Assembly (NCBI GenBank): GCA_963822585.1
Contig: CAWGIE010000031.1
Coordinates: 160,001-224,000 of the forward strand
DNA: 64,000 nt
Direction: 5' to 3'
Source of the DNA: an uncultured bacterium
GTDB taxonomy: Bacteria; Auribacterota; Erginobacteria; Erginobacterales; Erginobacteraceae
Positions 43,501-50,815 of the stretch are shown here, one piece after another (position 1 is the stretch's first letter; each line of letters begins with the position of its first letter). The notes beneath the pieces are model-generated. The model had not been told where the DNA came from and did not search any database. It worked only from the letters and a program-made list of their open reading frames with translations. Both the position numbers and the translations under genes were made by a program.

Positions 43501-46500
43501 CAAAGACGCGAGCGGGACTCAGATCGACCGGGCCAACAACTCGGGGACCTGGTTCGCCGGACTCAATAACCCGGATTACACCATGGAACGGCGTTCGCCC
43601 GAGATCGACGGCGTCGAACCATCGAACTGGCAGACTTTCGCCTACCCCTGCGCCTGGGCCACGGCCACCGACGCCGGGAACAGTCTCATCCGGGGCACGC
43701 CCCGAGCCGAGAACAGCTGCTACGTCGGGATCGACGATACCGGACCCTATTTCGAGGGCTACTACTTTTACACCAAAACCAAGGGCTACCGGGAAGAAAC
43801 AAATCCGACCTCCCCGACCCAGTGGGGCGATCATCTCACCCCTCACATCAAGATCTCGACGGGAGATACCGGCGTCGGACTGGCCCCGATCGGTGCTCCG
43901 GTCTGGAACGATTTTCAAACCCGCGGCTACTGGCAGATGGACAACAACGGAGGCGACTCCAGCGGACGCGGGAATACCGGCTCGATCTCGGGAAGCGGAA
44001 GCTATGTCCCCACTGGTCGTTTCTTTTATGCTCTTGACCTCAACGGCGGCTACTTCAACGTCCCTGAAGTGAGCGCCATGGACGGCTTCAACCAGTTCTC
44101 GATCGAGGCCTGGATTTATCCCGATTGGGACCAGGCAAGCGGCATCCAGACCATCATCGGGAAAAACAGCTCCTATTACTTCCTGATCGACTGGAACGAG
44201 CAGACCGTGGGGATGAAGGTCGCCCTCAACACCATCACCTCCGGCTGGACGAAGGCCGCCTGGTGCGACGCCGGCTTCCTCAACCCCGCCGCCTGGAACC
44301 ATGTCGCCTTCACCTGGCAGAGCGGCGCCCGGGGCAACATCTTCATCGATACCGTTGAAGTCACCACCACCGGCACCTCGGCCAACGCGTACGGTTCTCT
44401 GGTCGACAATTCGAACGCCGTCCAGGTCGGCGCCTACAACGGCTCCAATACCTTTAAAGGAAAAATGGATTCCGTCCGGATATCCGAGAAAGTCCGCACT
44501 ACGAGTGAGTTCACCACCCAGAACAACGCCTCCCCCTTCCGCTATCGGAGAGATGCCAATGACGGCGGCTGGAGCGCCTACTCCGACTACGCCGCGTACC
44601 AGCAATGGGGAGGCATCCGGGGGACCTCCCAGGATTTCAGCGGAGCCTGGAACGCGGCGACATACGCCGGGAACAATTGGACCGTCGCCGGCGGCGTGAT
44701 GAACGAGGCGAGCAATTCCACCGCCTGGACGCTGCACGATAATCTGCTTCTTAACAATATGTACGTGACCGCGCGGGTGAAGACCGGCGCCGCCGATGAC
44801 GGCGCCGTCGGTATCATCTTCCGCAAATCCATCTACGTGGACAACTGCTACGTCTTCGGTATCCGGCCCGAGACCAGCCAGTGTATCCTCTTCCAGGGAA
44901 AACTTGATAGTTTCGACTGGGACAACGTCGACTGGAGCGCTTCGACCGGCATCTGGTTTTACGCCGGGAAGAAACTGGAAAAAGATACCTGGTATGACCT
45001 GGAGGTAGCTGCGGTCGAGAACAATATCCGCTGCTACATCGACAACGAGCCGGTTATTCTCGCCCTCGACGCCGGCGCCTGGTACAACGGCTATGCCGGT
45101 CTTTACAGCTGGGATAATGCTGCCGCTTCTTTCGACGATTTCATCTCCAACCCCATCGTCAACGGCCGGATCACCGGCTGGGAAGGCGACACCGACGCCC
45201 AGGGCGCCACACTCAGCTGGGCTCGATTTGATCAGCGTGACGCCGTCAATAACCAGGTCCAGATGCTCGCCTTCGACCTCAAGAACAACATGGCCTGGAG
45301 CGATATCTTCACCGTCCGCACCGATCCTGACAAGCCCGCGCCCTGGGAGAACCTCGCCAACCTGAACGTGGACGGAGAATGGGTCACGGAAACCGTCGAT
45401 TCCACCACCCCCAGCGTCCGCCTCCAGATCACCGACGATGAAACGGGCCTGAAGGCGAAACGGCGCTATAACGATCCCGACCGCGACACGATACTTTATT
45501 ACCCGTTTGACGAATCCTGGGTCACCCAGGGCTGCGGCGACTACAGCCGTTACCTCGTGTACGGTTACGGCCCCAACACCGATGCCACCGGCTTCAGCAA
45601 TCACACCGTCGCCGAGAACTGGAACTCGCCCAACAATACCTTCGGCTGGTGCATGTACTTCAACGGGACCGATGACTTCGTGTGGGCCGGCTCCCGATGG
45701 ACCCCCGGCGGCTACACCGGCCAATGGTACCCCCACCTCGACTTCAACGGCCAGACCGGAGTCACGGTGGAGTGCTGGTTCAACAGCGAAACGACGGGAG
45801 CCGGAGCCGCCTGGAAACGGATCGTATCCCAGAGCAAATATGACAGTGGGATGTACGGCTGCTTCGAATTAAGCCTCGACGACGATTCCCATCTCCGCGT
45901 TGGCTTGAACACTACTTCGGGCTGGATCTGGATCGAGAGCACCAGTCAGATCAGCGCCGACACCTGGCATAACGGGGCTTTTACGTATGACGGCGCGACC
46001 ATCAAACTCTTCCTCGACGGCGTCCTGGAAAGCCAGACGGCTGTTACCGGCACCATCGCCGTCAGTGCCAGCACCTGGGGCGAGACGACCGACCACTGGC
46101 CGATCGTGGTCGGCGCTTCCCTCTGGCCGGGGCAGACCGACAATTCCGCGCCCGGCGGCTACCAGGCCCCGTGGGAAGGTCGGATCGACGACCTGAGGAT
46201 TTCCCGTGTCGCCCGCTCGGAAGAAGAGATCAAGCTCCGCTACCCGACCCAGGATTACAACGCCATCTGGTCCTACAGCACCACCGCCGGGGCCTCCTGG
46301 AGTAATTGGACCTACGCGCAAACCTCCGGCTGGACCGATACCACCACCACCGCCCAGTGGGTGACGGTGAATGATATTCCCTTCAATAATTTTTCCCTCA
46401 CCGATAACCTGATCAAGTTCGCCACCATGGACATGGCCGGGAATGTTTCCGTTTCCGATCCCCAGACCGTAGTCATCGATACGGCCTCCGTGATCGACAT

Positions 46501-49500
46501 TGTCATCAACGAGGTGGCCTTCAGCGCCCAGACCGATTGGGTCGAGCTCTACGTGAAATCCGGCGCTTCCGGGGTCAACATCCAGAACTGGTACCTCCAG
46601 GACTACGACAGCAGCACCACGCTCTTCACCACTGAGACGATCACGGTTCACACGGGTGATTACGTCGTCGTTCATTTCGAAGACGGCGTTGACGAAACCG
46701 ACGCGACCGGAATGGGCGCCAACGGTTACTGGGATATTTACATAGGATCGAGCCACAACCTCACCGCCACCGACGAGGGGTTGGCACTGGTATCGGCCGG
46801 CGGAAGGATCCGGGACGCGGTCTTCTGGGCGAACGATGACGGTACCGGTGAAAGCGAACGGACCGATTTCAACAACATCGCCCCCGGCCAATGGATACCG
46901 TCATACGCGGCCGACGTGGACGCGTTTGAGGATGCCGCCTGGACCGACAGCGATCTGATCGACGCCACCGACTCCATCTGCCGGGACGGGGTCAGCACCG
47001 ACACCAACACCAAGAGCGACTGGCACGAGTGCGACAACCCCAACCCGGGGGAGGACAACGAGCCGGCCGACATCGTGGGAATCCTGTCCTGGGAGGAAGA
47101 CACCTGGGCGGCCCACGCCACCTCGATTCCGAGCGGGACATGGCACAATCAGACAGTGGTCACCTTCTCCTGGACCGACCCTCTTTCCATCAGCAACGAC
47201 ACCTTCTACTACGAGATCGACTTCAGCGCTCAGACCGACTCCATCGGTACCGATGATGCCAAAACCGGCGCCCCCTACCTCGAAGGAGTCGATCTCACCG
47301 CCCTCGAATATGAAGGGACGTATTATTTCCACTGTGCCTCCTACACCGGCTGGGGGAAGAAAGGCCCCGAGCGCCTCTACCGGATCCGCTACGACCTGAC
47401 TCCGCCGGGGCCGGTCGCCGACCTTGCCAGCTCCTCCCACACCGTGGGAACCTGGAACGACACTACCGACCACATCAAGCTCACCTGGACCGACGCCGCC
47501 GACGATGCCTCCAACGTCCGCAGCGGCCACGATTATGACGTCTCCGGAGTACTCGGCTACTACTACCGGATCAACAGCGAGGCGAGCTACCTGCCCGAGA
47601 CCACGGATTCTTTCGTCAGCTTCGGCGACCAGTCCTGCGTGATCGAGGCCGGTGACGGAACCTGGTATTTCCACATCCGCTCGATTGACAACGCCGGCAA
47701 CTTTGACGACGCCGCGGTCACCGTCGGTCCTTTCAAGATCGATCTCCCCGCGACCGCCGGCAAGTTCCTGCGCGTCAACTACGTGCAGTACGTCCCGGAA
47801 TATAAAACCGCCTCCGCCGCCGCCTCCGCCGGCGACTGCATGCTCTATGAACTCCCGGGAGGGAAACATCTCCTCATCGACGGCGGCAGTTCCTGGTCTT
47901 CCACCTGGCTCAACCCGCCCCTGAGAACACTCCTTGACGACAAGCTGGGCGGCGCGGGCGAAACGCTTGATTACATGGTCCTGGCCATACCGAACGACAA
48001 CTCCGGCGCGGGTTTGACCGACGTCCTCGAACGGTACGATGTCCTTAATTACTATGAGACTTCGAAGTGGAATCAACTGACCTCGACCTGGTATGGGAAC
48101 CTCTGGACGGCACTGAACAGTGAAGGCAGTGATATCTACTACTTCGTGGCCGAGTTCAACGCCCACACCGCCGGCCTCCAGCTCAGCCCGGCGGCCGGCG
48201 CCGAGATCGGACCGGGCTGGGACGACGACGTTGACGCCCGGCTGGTCACCGCCTGGAACAATGTGAGCGACGCCAACCGCCGGTCCGCCATGATCCGCAC
48301 GGCCGTGGGGTCGAGCAGCTTCCTCTGCGGCGGCGACTCCGTCGGCTCACAGACTTCGTCTTCCGACGGTACCGGCACCCCCGACAGCATCTACTATCCC
48401 GAATACTACGCCCGGACCTATCGCCCCAATGATATCGACGTTGACATCTTCGCCGTCAACCAGAATGGATCCGATACATACGGGAGCAACGGCATTACAT
48501 TTATCAAGCGGGTCAGCCCGCGCTTCGGAATCGTCCAGCTTGGCTATAACAGCTCGCAGACCAATCCGAAAGAAGAGGTCATGGATCGTCTCAATGACGC
48601 CGGTGCGATCGTTTACCGGAACGACCTTGACGGCACCGTGATCGTGAAATCCGATAACCGCGGAAACTATGACATCACCCGGGAAAGGGCCTGGGCGAAT
48701 TATACCGATACGCCCGGCGCCAGTTCTAATTCCGATCTGGTCAATCCTCCTCCCGGGCTGCCCACGGAACTCTACATTGACAACACCACCTCGTCTTCGA
48801 TCACACTGACCTGGGCCGATGCTTTCGGCGAGCAGACCGGCGACATTTCCTATGACATCTATCGCGCTGACACCACCGGCGGCTGGGGCGGAGCCGGGAC
48901 CGATGCCAACCCGCGCGTCGCCGCCACCGGCATTTACAAGAAGATCGGTTCCACCGGAGCGGGAATGACCTCGTTCACCGACAACGGCCTCACCGGGAAC
49001 TTCGCCAGCCAGCCTTTCTATTACCGGGTCGTTGCCAAGAAGACGTATACCGATGCCGGCTTCTCCGTCACTTACGAACGGCGCTATTCCAACGAGACGG
49101 TTGCCACCGCCGGGGAAGCCCGCGACACCATCGCCCCGGAGAAGGTCATCAACCTTTACCTGGGAGAAGGCGATACCATCGGCGACTACGAATTCGCCTT
49201 CACCGCGCCGCATGAGAACGCCGACGCCGGCGGACGGTGCCGGTATTACGTGTTCAAGTATCAAGACAGCTCCTTCACCGCCTGGACCGATCCCGGCCTC
49301 TCCACCTATGTCCAGTGCTGGTATCCGGAATCCCCGGGGACAAGCGAGAACCTGAACCTGGAAGGCTTCACCGAGGACACTACGTACTATTTCGCGGTCA
49401 AGGCGTTCGATGAATACGGCAATGCCAGCCCGATGTCGGACGTCATCGCCGGGAAACCCCGGCCGCTCCGGGCGGGCGACGTTGTGGTCAACGAGATCGC

Positions 49501-50815
49501 CTGGATGGGGATCAAGGATGGCGCGGGTTTCGCCGGTCCGTACCACGAGTACATCGAGCTCTTCAACACTACCGAGAAGCCGATCAACCTCGCCGGCTGG
49601 GGAATGAACTGGTACGAGGATTCCGATGTCACCGTGTACTTCACCGTCTCGTCTCTAACCGCTCTCGGGGGGTCCTCATCCCTGAACAACACCAGGATCG
49701 ACGGCCAGGGTTTCTTCCTGATCGAACATGACCAGTCCAGCACCAACTCTTTCGGCGACATCATTCATAATAAGCTCCGCCTCCCGGACAGCGGCCGCGA
49801 CCTTTATCTCTGGGCCGGATCCCCCTACGACTACATGGTGATCGACACCGTACCCCACTACGGTTCGGGCTGGTACGCGGGCACTGATATCGGGAACTTC
49901 AACTCGATGGAACGGATTGTTCCCTACGGGGAGAGCGACGAAATCACCAACTGGGCGGATTACAGCGAAGACAGTACCCTCGGCGATTACTATAACGAGG
50001 CTCGAACCGACGATACCGTCATTTACGGAACACCCGGCGCCCAGAACAGCGTCTTCGTCGACCGCGAGAAAGACACCGACAACGATGGGATGTGGGACGT
50101 ATACGAGAAGAAGCAGTGGGATGAAGATCCAAATCACCGGCTCGATTACGAGGACGGCGACGCCAACGATGCCACCGGCCCGATATATCATCAGGGCCCC
50201 ATGGACGACGCCGACGGGGACGGCTTCACCAACCTCCAGGAATTCTGGCTCCGGACGAACCCCTACGACTCCACTAACCTTCTCCGCCTGGAGAGTATCA
50301 GAATGGTTACCGGCGGCGTCCCTCCCTCCATCCGTCCCCAGCTCATCTGGGAATCATGGGATCGCGTCAACTTCGACCTGCAGTACTTCGTGGACGGGTA
50401 CATCCAGCCGCTCTTTGACATCCTCTATGTTGACTGGCCCGCCGCCGCGCAGGCTGGAGGCGCCTTCCCCAACAACGACTGGTTCAACCAAACCGGTACC
50501 TGGTCGGTGCTGGCCTCAAATATCTACGCTTCCTGGGACTCAGTCACTACCACCTGGGAGGACAACCTCCTCGGCAGTCTCGGCGAAGGAGACATCCGCT
50601 TCTACCGCGTCTCCCTGCACGGCATGCACCTCGAGGGCGATCTGAACAATTACCTCGATGTCAGGCAGCCGGGGGCGACCTACAAGGGATCCGACCGGCG
50701 GGTGAGCGTGGTCACGCCCCAGATCTTTCTGATCCAGAAGCAAATCCTGAATGATCCCGACGGCAAAATGCTCGGGATGCCCGGGGCGGCCATCAGCGGA
50801 ATTGAAGGGCAATGA
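28503..50815 (+). CDS. Giant secreted modular surface protein (~7,400 aa if reconstructed): PT linkers, DUF2341, LamG, lamin-tail domains, FN3-like, two degenerate ComEC-like MBL folds, DxDxDG repeats; frameshifted between ~30860 and ~39510
   Basis: Signal peptide only at 28503. ORFs 28503..30887, 38347..39549 and 39329..50815 end or join at single-base indels (30863-30866, ~39508). Fragments at 31530-32720 and 37040-40555 are colinear with intact sequence at 40555-41840 and 46500-50060. Motifs: SDLRFTD...LPYEIESW (DUF2341), [15 protein letters not shown] (LamG), [17 protein letters not shown] (LTD). Confidence 0.65.
39512..50815 (+). CDS. Intact C-terminal ~3,770 aa of the giant protein
   Basis: Uninterrupted ORF; five LTD-type VINE motifs, two LamG-like domains, one MBL-like domain. 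No signal peptide or credible start of its own. Confidence 0.85.
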   Translation, partial: FASTRFYYRISAKKTYNESGEYVTYERRYSNESAATAGEAIDVTAPEGIADLSASGGMAFGDINLSFTAPHEDGAGGGKCMYYVIKSKADTDFSAWTDPAASVYVQTWAPQAPGASESLNLEDFTQGTTYYFAIKAYDEYGNESPLSNTASVEPRTLSAGDVVINEIAWKGSKDYGPGDPATDEYIELFNTTAGPIDLAGWAMNFAGGTTVSFEEGTGDAYVGSISDSVIGAHGYFLIENDSDSTNVAPNITDAGMDIADGGQNLYLWASSEYGSLLIDYVSCGSGWYAGTDAPDRNTMERIWPGNDSNETTNWADYSVDDTFGDYWHNQITTQYIYGTPGNPNSVLNEPPEARITVDPVPTWVQGTWAVSYRLRDADGDSCDIDAEFSTDGSTWVDASRSGTEGDPLTGLPTNTDGVSWTDYTFVWNTDAPADLNNDEDATVYFRIRPYNFAGGTVNFMGDTDAAPGTVFGVDNKGPSTPVPSIIDVAADGMTVFLSSESTDGGIGLNTDPYYFECTTDGAFDRTWGDQTHDAAGLSENTQYAFRSRARDAMPIPNLSDWSSETSRYTLLNPPADGELFLEAINWNQMSMAVAPPPNPAIGSTAWQFLTGDTNPGGANSSGWQTDPNYDRIDEDLLPNRQYGWKVRYRNAEGVNTEPNPNEQLKYTLAQPPSNFNNSTTVYVTCDHSFSTCTENPTFIFTNEDGFGTPNPVEYFEWTWDTDASTDPTGSSQFWTTGFLTQTATHEDVGWYLHLKSYNPDSAGHPTLYHMGPFCYMPVPGDGDLVINEIAWMGTAASSNDEWIELYNTTDAPLYLGGCKIYGGPTGAIEVIEIGGTVAASGYYLVERTNDNPVSDFNADTYGTFGGSGLANDGEWLLLKNADGDTVDSVDCSGGWFAGCTGYYYRTMERFDPAVSGSSSANWHPHNFSTDGVGKDADNNEIYGTPRAANSTPWTNAAPTTLAAYITGVPEMMESGQEYEISCTFSDDNGFQDFGDCELLLDNGDHDIRMPTDSPYLTGEVRSVYCSEGGSYLISPGAGNAQYQVTVTSGTALDTGGSSEGSVTVKWTFTPDWDWTESTDILVTVNACDADMECTGSFTADTHPAFYFDATNPNIIGITSDSTHVVDGVVRSPAAGTAFVTFTVTETGSEFDEGGGLTLHYLSNGDIGSGAIAMNQNGTSSPWTFTSASSIPVQNATQDQIITFWATGSDDMGNILTSSLSNPSYLSDDTAYFFVDVVGYGDVVINEIAWMGTDGGGSSDEWVELYNNSNVTVNLNGWQFYDGNTLTFGSGDTIAPKGYFLIENDQATTSVTGDKLWATLSLHDDGELIYLKDASGTQIDRANNSGTWFAGLNNPDYTMERRSPEIDGVEPSNWQTFAYPCAWATATDAGNSLIRGTPRAENSCYVGIDDTGPYFEGYYFYTKTKGYREETNPTSPTQWGDHLTPHIKISTGDTGVGLAPIGAPVWNDFQTRGYWQMDNNGGDSSGRGNTGSISGSGSYVPTGRFFYALDLNGGYFNVPEVSAMDGFNQFSIEAWIYPDWDQASGIQTIIGKNSSYYFLIDWNEQTVGMKVALNTITSGWTKAAWCDAGFLNPAAWNHVAFTWQSGARGNIFIDTVEVTTTGTSANAYGSLVDNSNAVQVGAYNGSNTFKGKMDSVRISEKVRTTSEFTTQNNASPFRYRRDANDGGWSAYSDYAAYQQWGGIRGTSQDFSGAWNAATYAGNNWTVAGGVMNEASNSTAWTLHDNLLLNNMYVTARVKTGAADDGAVGIIFRKSIYVDNCYVFGIRPETSQCILFQGKLDSFDWDNVDWSASTGIWFYAGKKLEKDTWYDLEVAAVENNIRCYIDNEPVILALDAGAWYNGYAGLYSWDNAAASFDDFISNPIVNGRITGWEGDTDAQGATLSWARFDQRDAVNNQVQMLAFDLKNNMAWSDIFTVRTDPDKPAPWENLANLNVDGEWVTETVDSTTPSVRLQITDDETGLKAKRRYNDPDRDTILYYPFDESWVTQGCGDYSRYLVYGYGPNTDATGFSNHTVAENWNSPNNTFGWCMYFNGTDDFVWAGSRWTPGGYTGQWYPHLDFNGQTGVTVECWFNSETTGAGAAWKRIVSQSKYDSGMYGCFELSLDDDSHLRVGLNTTSGWIWIESTSQISADTWHNGAFTYDGATIKLFLDGVLESQTAVTGTIAVSASTWGETTDHWPIVVGASLWPGQTDNSAPGGYQAPWEGRIDDLRISRVARSEEEIKLRYPTQDYNAIWSYSTTAGASWSNWTYAQTSGWTDTTTTAQWVTVNDIPFNNFSLTDNLIKFATMDMAGNVSVSDPQTVVIDTASVIDIVINEVAFSAQTDWVELYVKSGASGVNIQNWYLQDYDSSTTLFTTETITVHTGDYVVVHFEDGVDETDATGMGANGYWDIYIGSSHNLTATDEGLALVSAGGRIRDAVFWANDDGTGESERTDFNNIAPGQWIPSYAADVDAFEDAAWTDSDLIDATDSICRDGVSTDTNTKSDWHECDNPNPGEDNEPADIVGILSWEEDTWAAHATSIPSGTWHNQTVVTFSWTDPLSISNDTFYYEIDFSAQTDSIGTDDAKTGAPYLEGVDLTALEYEGTYYFHCASYTGWGKKGPERLYRIRYDLTPPGPVADLASSSHTVGTWNDTTDHIKLTWTDAADDASNVRSGHDYDVSGVLGYYYRINSEASYLPETTDSFVSFGDQSCVIEAGDGTWYFHIRSIDNAGNFDDAAVTVGPFKIDLPATAGKFLRVNYVQYVPEYKTASAAASAGDCMLYELPGGKHLLIDGGSSWSSTWLNPPLRTLLDDKLGGAGETLDYMVLAIPNDNSGAGLTDVLERYDVLNYYETSKWNQLTSTWYGNLWTALNSEGSDIYYFVAEFNAHTAGLQLSPAAGAEIGPGWDDDVDARLVTAWNNVSDANRRSAMIRTAVGSSSFLCGGDSVGSQTSSSDGTGTPDSIYYPEYYARTYRPNDIDVDIFAVNQNGSDTYGSNGITFIKRVSPRFGIVQLGYNSSQTNPKEEVMDRLNDAGAIVYRNDLDGTVIVKSDNRGNYDITRERAWANYTDTPGASSNSDLVNPPPGLPTELYIDNTTSSSITLTWADAFGEQTGDISYDIYRADTTGGWGGAGTDANPRVAATGIYKKIGSTGAGMTSFTDNGLTGNFASQPFYYRVVAKKTYTDAGFSVTYERRYSNETVATAGEARDTIAPEKVINLYLGEGDTIGDYEFAFTAPHENADAGGRCRYYVFKYQDSSFTAWTDPGLSTYVQCWYPESPGTSENLNLEGFTEDTTYYFAVKAFDEYGNASPMSDVIAGKPRPLRAGDVVVNEIAWMGIKDGAGFAGPYHEYIELFNTTEKPINLAGWGMNWYEDSDVTVYFTVSSLTALGGSSSLNNTRIDGQGFFLIEHDQSSTNSFGDIIHNKLRLPDSGRDLYLWAGSPYDYMVIDTVPHYGSGWYAGTDIGNFNSMERIVPYGESDEITNWADYSEDSTLGDYYNEARTDDTVIYGTPGAQNSVFVDREKDTDNDGMWDVYEKKQWDEDPNHRLDYEDGDANDATGPIYHQGPMDDADGDGFTNLQEFWLRTNPYDSTNLLRLESIRMVTGGVPPSIRPQLIWESWDRVNFDLQYFVDGYIQPLFDILYVDWPAAAQAGGAFPNNDWFNQTGTWSVLASNIYASWDSVTTTWEDNLLGSLGEGDIRFYRVSLHGMHLEGDLNNYLDVRQPGATYKGSDRRVSVVTPQIFLIQKQILNDPDGKMLGMPGAAISGIEGQ

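Noticed and set aside
39485..49546. Long - strand ORFs (777, 887, 421, 399 aa)
   Set aside because: Antisense to the 3,828-aa ORF; expected shadows in GC-rich coding DNA.
31530..50060. Diversity-generating retroelement template/variable repeats
   Set aside because: Differences between repeats are not adenine-specific and no reverse transcriptase is present.
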